From Lysobacterales bacterium (GTDB lineage: Bacteria; Pseudomonadota; Gammaproteobacteria; Xanthomonadales; SZUA-5), in contig JALHMH010000003.1 of assembly GCA_022844165.1 (NCBI GenBank), positions 128,001-192,000 of the forward strand: a stretch of DNA of 64,000 nt, given 5' to 3'. The notes under the pieces were generated by a model, which searched no databases, was not told where the DNA came from, and worked only from the letters and a program-made list of their open reading frames with translations. This document shows positions 20,708 to 30,095 of the stretch, piece after piece (the stretch's first letter is position 1; each line of letters starts with the position of its first letter). A program made the translations under genes and the position numbers.

Positions 20708-21355
20708 TCAGCCGTCTTCGCAATCAGGTGCGTCGGGGTAGTACAGCGCTCGTCGCGTCGACATTTCCTGCGCGACCAGCGCCGAACGGCCGCCCTGCCG
20801 GCGCAGTTCGAAAGCCGTCCGATCAAATTCTTCTACGCACCGGTTCTGGCTCAGCTTGAACATGCACTCGATGTCGGTAGCCAGAATATCGATGCACTCG
20901 ATGCGCGGTGCCAGTGCCTGCAGGTAGTCGTCTGGCAAGCTCGAAAACCGATGCGCTGGGCTGCTCTCGAATCTGTTCTTTAGCTCCTCCAGGTGCGCCA
21001 GCAAGGTCGTCCGGTCTCTGGGTTGCACGATACCGCGCAGATGCAATGCCTGGTAGTTCCAGGTGCCACCGAATCGTGGTGTCAGCTGCCAACTCCCGAG
21101 CACCGGCGCATCGGGTCCTAGAAAACAAACGAACACATTCGGTGCATGCTGCAATGCTGCCCAATGATCGGTGTGCCGCATGACGTGGCCGCGCAGTACG
21201 ATCTGATCGCCCCACGATCTCACCAGCAACGGCAAATGTGTGGTTACGTACGCGCCGTTTGCGCCGGTCGCAATCAGAGTTGCGAACGGATGCTGCTCGA
21301 CGAATGCGCGAATCTGGGCCATATCACGGACCCGGAATGCTTCAACCGGATACAT
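20708..21355 (-). CDS. PaiB-like FMN-binding negative transcriptional regulator family protein
   Basis: MYP...F...D......FV..HPFATL, THLP, LRGH, TWNYQALHLRG, FKLSQNR. Confidence 0.85.
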   Translation of the reverse strand: MYPVEAFRVRDMAQIRAFVEQHPFATLIATGANGAYVTTHLPLLVRSWGDQIVLRGHVMRHTDHWAALQHAPNVFVCFLGPDAPVLGSWQLTPRFGGTWNYQALHLRGIVQPRDRTTLLAHLEELKNRFESSPAHRFSSLPDDYLQALAPRIECIDILATDIECMFKLSQNRCVEEFDRTAFELRRQGGRSALVAQEMSTRRALYYPDAPDCEDG

Positions 21356-21619
21356 AGTGTGTTCTCTCAATTTGGGCGAGACCGTTGCCAACCAGGGATG
21401 TAACCGTTCAGGACAGCCACAACCGGCAAGAGGGTGACGTGAACTACGCAAATCGCAGGAGAAAACGACACGGTGTTTTCGCTATTGGGCACGATGCCTT
21501 GAGCTGAACCTGGTGTGGTGTCGGTTGCCCTTGATGCGCCCGATCATTTCCCGCCCTTTGCCCCGAGTGCTGCGCTGCTCGTTGGCGCCCTCCGTCCGGT
21601 GCGTCGGCGCGGCCGCCGT

Positions 21620-21648
21620 GCCATTGGACATCGATGTCCGAAAATGGC
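21620..21648. promoter_or_regulatory. Perfect 14-bp palindrome GGACATCGATGTCC with outer GCCAT/ATGGC arms; candidate operator
   Basis: Palindrome at 21626-21639 in the divergent intergenic region, about 65 bp upstream of the PEP-mutase-like/alkA/ogt operon. Confidence 0.35.
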
Positions 21649-21705
21649 GAGTGTGCTTCCTCCGATGGTGGCAGGCTATGCGCATCCCAACTCTGGAGAT
21701 CGAAC

Positions 21706-22521
21706 ATGCAACCCAGCCAACAGCAGTATGCCGACAGCTTTCGCGCGCTACATCGCAGCGGGCTGCTCATCCTCCCGAACGCCGCCGATGGGGGCAGTGC
21801 GCGAATCATCGAAGCTGCCGGAAGCGCCGCAATCGCGACCAGTAGCGCTGCGGTTGCGTGGTCGCTGGGTTATCCCGATGGAGAGGCAGTCCCGTTCGAT
21901 CGACTGCTTTCGGTCGTGCGCGATATCGTGCGCGTTATTCGCGTGCCGCTCTCGGTGGATGTCGAGAGCGGTTACGCTGCAGAGCCGCATCGTGTGGCGG
22001 CATCGGTGGTGGCGCTCATTCAAGCGGGTGCGGTTGGCATCAACGTGGAAGACGGCGCTGCCGATCCGGCGCTGCTCTGCGCCAAAATCAGCTCGATTCG
22101 CGAGGCCGCCGAACGTCAGGGCATTGCGCTCTTCATCAACGTGCGCACGGATGTCTATTTGCGCGGATTGGTGTCCAGCGATGAACGCGTCGACGAAACG
22201 CTGGCGCGCGCTGAGCGCTATCTCGAGGCGGGGGCCGATGGCCTGTTTGTACCTGCTCTGGTCGACCGCAAAGAAATTTCGCAGGTCGCGAGTGAATGCA
22301 GAATGCCGCTCAACGTCATGTGGATGCCATCCCTTCCGGATCCACAGACATTGACCGCCTTGGGCGTTCGGCGGTTGAGTGCAGGCGCAGCGATAGGCAG
22401 TCGTGTGCTCGGCATGACCGCCGCGCTCGCCGAGCGTTTTTTGAGCTGCGGCGACTTGCGTGTTTCCGAACCGCAGGAATTGCACTACGCCAGAATCGAT
22501 GGGCTGATGGATCGGACTTAA
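21706..22521 (+). CDS. Isocitrate lyase/phosphoenolpyruvate mutase family protein
   Basis: GGAG RBS; FRALH..LLILPNA.D..SAR, ATSSAAVAWSLGYPDGE, PLSVDVESGY, GINVEDG, FINVRTDVYL, YLEAGADGLFVP. Confidence 0.92.
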   Translation: MQPSQQQYADSFRALHRSGLLILPNAADGGSARIIEAAGSAAIATSSAAVAWSLGYPDGEAVPFDRLLSVVRDIVRVIRVPLSVDVESGYAAEPHRVAASVVALIQAGAVGINVEDGAADPALLCAKISSIREAAERQGIALFINVRTDVYLRGLVSSDERVDETLARAERYLEAGADGLFVPALVDRKEISQVASECRMPLNVMWMPSLPDPQTLTALGVRRLSAGAAIGSRVLGMTAALAERFLSCGDLRVSEPQELHYARIDGLMDRT

Positions 22522-22525
22522 CGCC

Positions 22526-24007
22526 ATGCCTGGTCTCTCGATTCCGCCGCCGGAGGTTTGCGATCGCGCACGCGCTGCGAAGGATCATCGTTTTGACGGC
22601 TTATTTTTTACCGCCGTTCGAAGCACCGGTATCTATTGCCGTCCGGTATGCCCGGCGCCGTCGCCGAAGCGCCAGAACATCACTTATTACGCGACCGCTT
22701 CTGCCGCGAGCGCGGCCGGGTACCGGCCTTGTTTGCGCTGCCGGCCGGAGCTGTCGCCAGAGGCGCGGCACGCGTTGCTCGAGGAACCGGTACAGCGCGC
22801 ACTGGAACTGATTGCCGAAGGCATGTTGCAAGACGGCTCCGTGGTCACGCTCGCGAGACGCGTGGGCATGAGCGCGCGTCAGTTGCAACGCCTGTTCGTC
22901 GCAAACGTTGGCGCAACGCCGCACTCCGTCCACGCTACGCGGCGCCTGTTGCTGGCAAAACAACTACTCACGGAAACGGCGTTGCCCGTGACCGACGTGG
23001 CGCTGGCCGCGGGTTACAACAGCCTGCGCCGCTTTAACACGGCGTTTTTCGCGGGCTGCGGAATGCCGCCCAGCGCCATTCGGCGGCAATGTGTCGACAT
23101 GCCCACCGGCATGTTGGTGTTGCGCTTGAGTTTCCGACCGCCGCTGGACTTCGCTGCGATGCTGGCCTTTCTGGCCAAACGCTCGATTCCTGGTATCGAA
23201 CGCGTGCACAATGGCTGCTACCAACGCGTGATGGGTCCGGCGCAAGCGTCCACCTGGATTCGTGTCAGCGCCGATCCGGAGCGCCCAGAACTGCGGCTGG
23301 CCATGACCGCAATTGAGCCGCGCGCCATCCCGGCTGTGGTTCTGCGCGTGCGTCGGATGTTCGATCTGGATGCCGATCTGCAATCGGTGCACGCCGCGTT
23401 CGAGAACGATGCGCTGCTGTCGGAGGCGATCCGGCGCCGCCCAGGACTGCGCGTGCCGTGCGCCTGGGATGGGTTCGAAACCGCCGTGCGCGCGATCCTC
23501 GGCCAACAGATCAGTGTTGCTGGCGCGACCACACTCGCGCGCCGTTTAGTGCAACGCTACGGCGAGCATCGCGAGCAGCCCGATGGTGCGCCGTTGCCTG
23601 AAGATCTGGACCGCATCTTCCCGACGCCCGAACGTCTGCGCACCGCAGATATCGAAGCCATCGGATTGCCACGCACTCGGGCGGCGTCGCTGCGCGCACT
23701 CGCGGCAGCGGTTCACGACGGCCGTCTGTCGTTCGAAGGCGGCCAGCGTGTGGAGGAGTTCATCGCACGCTGCGTTGCGCTGCCCGGCATCGGCGATTGG
23801 ACTGCGCAGTACATCGCCATGCGTGCGTTGGCGCAGCCCGATGCCTTTCCAGCCGGAGATCTTGTCCTGCAAAAGGCCCTGGGCCAGGGACAACGGCTCA
23901 GCGAACGCGGGGCAAGGCTGCGTTCGATGGCATGGCGACCGTGGCGCGCGTATGCCGTCATCCACATTTGGCAATCGACCAGTGACTTGGCGAAGGTGAC
24001 CCAATGA
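22526..24007 (+). CDS. alkA: Ada/AlkA fusion: Ada Zn-binding domain, AraC HTH, AlkA DNA-3-methyladenine glycosylase
   Basis: [32 protein letters not shown], Ara[12 protein letters not shown], Hh[24 protein letters not shown]. Confidence 0.95.
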   Translation: MPGLSIPPPEVCDRARAAKDHRFDGLFFTAVRSTGIYCRPVCPAPSPKRQNITYYATASAASAAGYRPCLRCRPELSPEARHALLEEPVQRALELIAEGMLQDGSVVTLARRVGMSARQLQRLFVANVGATPHSVHATRRLLLAKQLLTETALPVTDVALAAGYNSLRRFNTAFFAGCGMPPSAIRRQCVDMPTGMLVLRLSFRPPLDFAAMLAFLAKRSIPGIERVHNGCYQRVMGPAQASTWIRVSADPERPELRLAMTAIEPRAIPAVVLRVRRMFDLDADLQSVHAAFENDALLSEAIRRRPGLRVPCAWDGFETAVRAILGQQISVAGATTLARRLVQRYGEHREQPDGAPLPEDLDRIFPTPERLRTADIEAIGLPRTRAASLRALAAAVHDGRLSFEGGQRVEEFIARCVALPGIGDWTAQYIAMRALAQPDAFPAGDLVLQKALGQGQRLSERGARLRSMAWRPWRAYAVIHIWQSTSDLAKVTQ

Positions 24008-24558
24008 CCTCTTACGACGTACTTCAGACGCCGATCGGCGCATTGACGATCGCCGCGGACGAACACGGCCTGCGGCATATCGAGTTTCCGAACAATCGGC
24101 ATCCTGCGCAGCGGGCGGGCTGGGTTCTCGCGCCGACAAACCCGATACTGCGCCAGGCGCGCGTGCAGCTGCTCGACTACTTTGCGGGCCGGCGCACCGG
24201 TTTTGATTTGGTCCTCCGTCCCGTGGGCACGCCGTTCCAGCTCAAAGTGTGGCAAACGCTCGCCAATATCCCGTACGGCGAAACCTGGAGCTACCGCGAT
24301 CTTGCACGGCGCGTGGGCAACCCAGCAGCGGTGCGCGCGGTCGGCGCTGCCAACGGGCGCAATCCGTTGCCGATCGTCTTGCCGTGTCATCGCGTGATCG
24401 GAGCCGACGGCACCCTCACCGGGTTTGGCGGCGGTCTCGAGACCAAAGCTGCCTTGTTACGGATGGAGGGCGCTCTGCCGGCGATACGGCCGGCAGAGGC
24501 GGACCTGTTCGCCAGCGTCCTGACAGAGTCGGATCCCACGGTCCCCATCGCGCCGTAG
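24004..24558 (+). CDS. ogt: Methylated-DNA--protein-cysteine methyltransferase
   Basis: [26 protein letters not shown], active-site PCHRVIG. Confidence 0.96.
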   Translation: MTSYDVLQTPIGALTIAADEHGLRHIEFPNNRHPAQRAGWVLAPTNPILRQARVQLLDYFAGRRTGFDLVLRPVGTPFQLKVWQTLANIPYGETWSYRDLARRVGNPAAVRAVGAANGRNPLPIVLPCHRVIGADGTLTGFGGGLETKAALLRMEGALPAIRPAEADLFASVLTESDPTVPIAP

Positions 24559-24643
24559 CGGACAAGGTTTCGACTAGTCTCCGCCAAACTCCAGCACCAG
24601 GTCTTCCTGGCAGAAGTCGAAACTCGCGGGGTCCGATTCCTCG

Positions 24644-24707
24644 CCATTGAGCGCAGTGCGCTCAATCGCCCCCTCAAGTCAAGGGGGCCTGAACAGTCAA
24701 AGCCGCT
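24644..24707 (+). repeat. REP-like double-hairpin intergenic repeat, copy A
   Basis: ATTGAGCGCAGTGCGCTCAAT hairpin then GCCCCCTCAAGTCAAGGGGGC hairpin; about 80% identical (manual alignment) to the reverse complement of 32570-32633. Confidence 0.75.
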
Positions 24708-24715
24708 GACTTGAC

Positions 24716-27700
24716 TCAAGGACTCTCGCGGCACAGCCCGGCAAAGGTTGTGCGTTGCAACGGTATCGTGCCGCTGCGCTGAACGCCATCAATGGTCAGC
24801 GAATACTGCGCGGTCAATGATGTGCAGTTGACGACCTCAATGGTCAGCGTGCCGACCTGGGTTCGCGTCACGGGTGGCGTGGCGGAGACGAAATCGCCGC
24901 CTCGCGTCAACGTCACTGGCAGTGTCGCGCTTGAGCCACTGACCGGGCCGATGGCGGTCAGCCACAGCGGCGGCTGTTCGACACCCGCTTCGCCAAACTC
25001 GTAGGCGTACCAGCCAACGACCAACTGCTGTCGATCGGGAAGGTACTCGATCAGCATTCCCTGGCCGTTCGTGGCGGGATTGAACCACGTGCCATTGAGG
25101 CCCACCTGGAAGCGGCCCGATGGTGCTGGTAGCGCAGCGCTTGCGCCTTGGATTCGAAACGCCTGGCACAGTGCGTCCGGCGACAAGCGCTGCAGCGCAA
25201 TTTGCCCGGTACGTGAGCCCGCACCAAGGGTCACCGAGTACTCGACACGCGCGCGCCCGCAATCGTCGAAGCGTACGCGCAGGCCACCGGCGTGGGCCAG
25301 ATTCGCATTCGCCGCATCGAATCGGCCGCGGCTTCGCGATACACTGACTTCCGCTACGCCGTTGCTCAAGGTGCCGGCGCCGGTCAACCAGACGAGATTG
25401 CTGCCAGACGACCCCGGCAGATGGGTGTACCAGGCGACGACAAGGACGTCTTGTTCGGGAATCACATCGAACTGAAATCCCTGGCCATCGACCGCGGGAT
25501 CGAACCAAAGGCCGCTCCAGCCGGGGTTGGCGCGCAGCCCGGGAGCAGACAACGAGTAACTGCCGCGACCGAGGCTCGCCGCAATCAGCCGGTTGCGCCG
25601 CTGGTCGTAGTCCAGTTCGTACACCGGTGCGTTCGGTAAACCCTCGCCCAGGCGCGTCCAATTGCGATACGCCTGTGTCGCGGGTGCGAGGTACACGCCG
25701 ACGTTAGTGCCTGCAATGAGCATATCGCCCTGCCCGGAATGGATATGCAGAAGGCTGCGCACCAGACCTGCCTCGCTGGGTAGATTTCCGGTGACGTCCT
25801 GCCAGGTAGCGCCAAAGTCGATGGTCTCCAGGATCGCCTGTCCGCCGGCGCGGGTCACGCTGCTGTCGGCGGCGATCGCGAACGCATGCTCCGCGCGCCG
25901 CCCATTGATGGTCACGGCGTGCGCGACACGTGGCGCCGTGTTGGCGCGTGCCAACGTCAACGGCGTGCCCAGGACCTGGCGCACAAAAACCCCGTCGTCG
26001 CCATCGGTGCAACTATTACCGCGACATCCAGCGACGTACAGCGCATCGACATTATTTGTCGCTCCATAGGCGATCGAAGCCGAAGAGACCACGGCACGTG
26101 CGCGAATGCCCTCGCCGATGACCTGGACGGTGTCGCCAGAGTCGAAGGACTCGAACACGCCGTTGTCGCCGCCGATGACGAGGCGATGGCCTACCGCGCG
26201 ATTGGCGGCAATCGGTGTTACGAACTGCCCGGTCACCGCATCGCCGCCGCCTACCGATTCAAGCTCGGCCAACACCACCGCGACCGGTGTCTCGCCGTTG
26301 TAGGTGCGGCGCCTGAATCCACCCAGGTTCTGCGAGCTGGTATATCCGACCGATTCACTCTGCAGATCGCGTTGCAGCGCATCGATCGCGGTATCGCCAC
26401 CATCGCCGCCACTGATTACGCGCCATAGCCGCTGGCCGATGTTGTCCTGGCGCATCGTGCCGTTGTCCTGGTTGCCCGTCATCGCAACGCCACTGAGGCC
26501 ATCGACGGCCAGGCTGTGTTGCTCGCTGACTTGCAGATCGCCGTTCAGCGTAATCCAGCGCCCGCTGCTGCTCGCCGGATTCAGGCGCGCATACACGCCG
26601 CCATCGTCGCCTTCGATCAAGCGCCCTGCCGCATCGAAAGCCATGCTGCGCGAGTCGGCGTGCGGCGAGCTGTTGTCGCCGGTACCGTTGTGCGTGAGCG
26701 GCATCCACTCGCCGCCTGAGCGATCGCGACGGAACAAGCGTCCGGTAAAGCCCCGCGCACTGATGCTGTTCGGGAAATTGCCATTGCCACCCACCGGTTG
26801 CCGATCGCCGCCGACAAAGACCCAGTTCGGATTGGCCGGATCGATCGCAACCGACAGGTGCAAGCGGCCCTGGCCACCGGGATGAATACCGATCGCCTCG
26901 CTGCCCTCCATGGTCTGCGGGATACCGAGCGACGCCCAACTGCTGCCGCCGTCGCTGCTGGCGAATACACCCTGCAAGCGGGCGTCCGAAACCGCGGCAA
27001 CGACGTTGCCGCCAACAACCGCCTGCAATCGCACCAGCTTTCCGGTGATGGCCAGCTGGGTATTCATATCTGCATTGCCGACGCGCGCCCAGGTGGCACC
27101 GTTATCGACGCTGCGGTAGATGCCGTTTGCGCTTGAGGAACTGCCGCAGCGTTCGGCGCCATCGATGTGTGCGAACAGCCTCTCCGGTGCGCTGGCATGG
27201 CTTGCCAGCGCCGTCGACAATCCACCAGGCAATCCTTGGCCAGCCCCGAGCTGCACAAAGGTGGACCCTGCGTCGAGACTGCGAAAAAGCCCATAGTCGG
27301 AACATGAGCCGCTGTTAGCGGCATTCACGGCAGCGACCACAACCTCGCCATTGGCGTGCAACCCGGAGATGTTGCGACCGGCCATATTGCTGCTCACCAC
27401 CGACCAGGTTTCGCCTGCGTCGAGTGAGCGCAACACGCCGATGCGCGCGCCACCATCGCTTCGGTAGCTGCTGAAGCGCCCGACGCCGGCAAACATGCGA
27501 CGGCTTGCTGCGTCGCTGTGGTCGTATACCAAGGCGCCGATACTGAGCGATCCCAAATGATCGGTTCTAGCGCGCCACTGCGGCGCGTCTGCCAATGCGT
27601 TCTGCGTGCGCCAGATGCCGCCATTCACCGCACCGATGGTCAACACGTTGGCATCGCCTGGGTGCGGCAACACCACGTGCACCGCGCCGGAAACAGCGTT

Positions 27701-28978
27701 GGGGAGGGGGCCGGCAATATTTTCCGATTGTCCACCAATCGCGGAGGCGGGGCCCTGAGCCTCCCAGCGCTGCGAGCCCGGCTCGATACCAGCGGGCACC
27801 GCGACGGTGTAGTTCAGTGCATACGAGGGACCACTGCTCGGCAAGGCCGTGCAACGGAGCGCCGATGCGTAGGCCGTGGACCGGACGGGCGCGCTGATTG
27901 TCAAGTCGCTGACGTCCCCTGCGAATCTAAAACTCACCTGTGAGGTCGGCAGAAAACTGCCCGGTGCAAGAATGAGCAGCGGCGCTTCTGCTGTGCAATT
28001 CAGGGTCACAAAACCAGCGCCTGATGTCCCTGGAATTGCACGAAAGTGGAGCCAGGTCAATGGCGAAGTGCCACGGACCGATTGCGGAAAATCGATGCGC
28101 GAACCTGGCGGCGGCACGCTGCTGATCTGCGGGGCATCGTTTGCGGCCAGTCCGGCAGGGACGATCACGGAAAAACTCAACGTGTAGTCCGGACCTTCGG
28201 ATGGATCGACAGTGCATGCGAGGCCCAGGGATTGCGCGGCGGGCGTCGTCGCGGCGGCGATACTCAGATCCACCGGTTGCTGGCCCACGGCGACGGTCTG
28301 CGTAAACCGCAGCGCGGTTGGCACCATCCCCGTCGCCCCGACCAATACGCCCGTACCGATGCAATCGATGCCAGCGGATGTACCTGGCGCGCCGCCTGTG
28401 GCAATCAGGTTGATCGATGTGCGCGATAGTTCGCCCAACGGCGCACCCGGCAAGTTAACCGTGCCCGGTGGCGGATTGGCGGTAATGATGGGCGTCGGAT
28501 TGGCTGCGATCAAACGCAACGCGATCGTGCCCGAAGCCGTGTTTTGCCCCGATAGAAATCCATCGACTGCGATTTGGTAAGTGGTGCCGGCAATTGCGTT
28601 AAACCGCACCTCACTGGCCACGCCGCTGGTATCGTCGTTGCTGGCGATTGCCGTTAACTGGTTCACTGCTGCGCCCGTGTACACCGCAAGTACAGTGTCG
28701 AAATTGCTGCCGACCGTATTGATGACAACGCGCACCGTGCTCGGCGCGGTCCAGCGCCACCAGACAGAAGCAGATCCGCCGACACCCGCATGCTGCGGCT
28801 CGCCAGGCTCCCGCGTTGCGCCTACGTTGTTGCCGCTCGCCTGCGCTGTCGCACCGGATAAGGCACCAGCGTTGACGAAAGCATCGTTGGCGGGTTGCGC
28901 ATGGACTGCCCTCGCGATCAGCAACAGGCACATTGTCAGCAGAGCGCGCAGCAAGGAATGGCTCGTCACGGTATTCAT
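24716..28978 (-). CDS. Large secreted multidomain protein: PANDxF/PPC-like domain, two Cys-paired Ig-like repeats, BNR beta-propeller, two C-terminal SGxWF[DN]P repeats
   Basis: Signal peptide ...LLLIARAVHA|QPANDAF; SVWWRWTAP..FDTVLAVYTG..NDD..TYQIAVDG; Asp-boxes RSLDAGETW, RSVDNGATW; PHADSR; GLPNAPVYEL..ASLGRG; two tandem repeats of about 120 aa. Confidence 0.8.
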   Translation of the reverse strand: MNTVTSHSLLRALLTMCLLLIARAVHAQPANDAFVNAGALSGATAQASGNNVGATREPGEPQHAGVGGSASVWWRWTAPSTVRVVINTVGSNFDTVLAVYTGAAVNQLTAIASNDDTSGVASEVRFNAIAGTTYQIAVDGFLSGQNTASGTIALRLIAANPTPIITANPPPGTVNLPGAPLGELSRTSINLIATGGAPGTSAGIDCIGTGVLVGATGMVPTALRFTQTVAVGQQPVDLSIAAATTPAAQSLGLACTVDPSEGPDYTLSFSVIVPAGLAANDAPQISSVPPPGSRIDFPQSVRGTSPLTWLHFRAIPGTSGAGFVTLNCTAEAPLLILAPGSFLPTSQVSFRFAGDVSDLTISAPVRSTAYASALRCTALPSSGPSYALNYTVAVPAGIEPGSQRWEAQGPASAIGGQSENIAGPLPNAVSGAVHVVLPHPGDANVLTIGAVNGGIWRTQNALADAPQWRARTDHLGSLSIGALVYDHSDAASRRMFAGVGRFSSYRSDGGARIGVLRSLDAGETWSVVSSNMAGRNISGLHANGEVVVAAVNAANSGSCSDYGLFRSLDAGSTFVQLGAGQGLPGGLSTALASHASAPERLFAHIDGAERCGSSSSANGIYRSVDNGATWARVGNADMNTQLAITGKLVRLQAVVGGNVVAAVSDARLQGVFASSDGGSSWASLGIPQTMEGSEAIGIHPGGQGRLHLSVAIDPANPNWVFVGGDRQPVGGNGNFPNSISARGFTGRLFRRDRSGGEWMPLTHNGTGDNSSPHADSRSMAFDAAGRLIEGDDGGVYARLNPASSSGRWITLNGDLQVSEQHSLAVDGLSGVAMTGNQDNGTMRQDNIGQRLWRVISGGDGGDTAIDALQRDLQSESVGYTSSQNLGGFRRRTYNGETPVAVVLAELESVGGGDAVTGQFVTPIAANRAVGHRLVIGGDNGVFESFDSGDTVQVIGEGIRARAVVSSASIAYGATNNVDALYVAGCRGNSCTDGDDGVFVRQVLGTPLTLARANTAPRVAHAVTINGRRAEHAFAIAADSSVTRAGGQAILETIDFGATWQDVTGNLPSEAGLVRSLLHIHSGQGDMLIAGTNVGVYLAPATQAYRNWTRLGEGLPNAPVYELDYDQRRNRLIAASLGRGSYSLSAPGLRANPGWSGLWFDPAVDGQGFQFDVIPEQDVLVVAWYTHLPGSSGSNLVWLTGAGTLSNGVAEVSVSRSRGRFDAANANLAHAGGLRVRFDDCGRARVEYSVTLGAGSRTGQIALQRLSPDALCQAFRIQGASAALPAPSGRFQVGLNGTWFNPATNGQGMLIEYLPDRQQLVVGWYAYEFGEAGVEQPPLWLTAIGPVSGSSATLPVTLTRGGDFVSATPPVTRTQVGTLTIEVVNCTSLTAQYSLTIDGVQRSGTIPLQRTTFAGLCRESP

Positions 28979-29038
28979 CTCGCAGACCGACTGTTGGCCA
29001 GTATATTGTGAGAACCAATGAGCGATGGCGGGCAGGTT

Positions 29039-29938
29039 ATGCACATTCGGAACGTGTTGGGCTGCTGGAGTTTGTGCGCGATCGGCCTGATCTCCCCGCC
29101 ACTCGCAGCGACAGAGTTGCAACCGGGATTGCTGCTCGGTGACAACCGTGTTTGGTTGATGGCGCAGGACGGCGGCGTTGCCTGTGTCGCTGTCGACAAT
29201 GGCGAGGAACTCTGGATTTCGCGCGATATAGCGCAGCCGGTAGGTATCAGCGAAAGCCAGTTATTGGCGCTGCGCGAGACCACCCGTGAGGGACTGTCTT
29301 ATGCATGGGTGGAAGCTGACAGTGGCCAGCGCCTGGCGGTTGGTCGCGCCGAACTACCCGAGGGCGTGCGCGTGCTGATCGACGAGCGGCTTGGCGAATC
29401 GTTCGCCATCAATGCGAACGACAGCGGTTTCGATTGGCACTACCGGCGTTCTGAGGTGCGCGGCGCACCCGAGAGCGAAGACGACAATATGGCCAAGCGC
29501 AGCGCTAGTGTCGACAACCAAGGCGCGTTTCGAATCGACTGGAGCAAACGTGCTGTGATCGAATCTCGCGTCGACATCCACAAAGCGCCGCCTCGAGCGG
29601 CCGAGATCGGCACACCCGACGCCGCCACGCGCAGATTCCGCTCGCAGAGCGATGCATTTCGTCTTGCCAGCGAGCGTCAGGCCGACGGCCGTTACCGTTG
29701 GACGATTTCGACAGCCCAGGGTGAAACCCTGGGCGCCGTGACCAGCGACTATTCCTATCGGCCGTTCGACGTCATCGCCGGACGCCTGCTGTTCGTCACG
29801 CCCTTGTCGATGCGGCGCGACGGCGCGGAGGTTGCACTTTCGATGCCGACCCTGGTTGCTTACGATCTGGCGAACGGTGAGCGTGTCTGGCAGCGAGAGC
29901 TTCGAGACACGCGCTACCGAGGACCTTATCCGCCCTAA
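29039..29938 (+). CDS. Exported hypothetical protein with PQQ-like beta-propeller repeats
   Basis: Signal peptide; VACVAVDNGEELW and LVAYDLANGERVWQRE motifs; divergent from the large secreted gene. Confidence 0.7.
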   Translation: MHIRNVLGCWSLCAIGLISPPLAATELQPGLLLGDNRVWLMAQDGGVACVAVDNGEELWISRDIAQPVGISESQLLALRETTREGLSYAWVEADSGQRLAVGRAELPEGVRVLIDERLGESFAINANDSGFDWHYRRSEVRGAPESEDDNMAKRSASVDNQGAFRIDWSKRAVIESRVDIHKAPPRAAEIGTPDAATRRFRSQSDAFRLASERQADGRYRWTISTAQGETLGAVTSDYSYRPFDVIAGRLLFVTPLSMRRDGAEVALSMPTLVAYDLANGERVWQRELRDTRYRGPYPP

Positions 29939-30095
29939 GCGCAGGGTCGGCAACGGATGGAGACCTCATCACCGCGATTTCAGAGCCAATCGCACCAATC
30001 GCGTGCGTGCCTTGAAATCCGCCTGTCGCCGGCATCGTTGAGTCAATCAAACCGGAAGAGTCGACTAAACTCCATCCTTTACGGTGAGACCCGAC

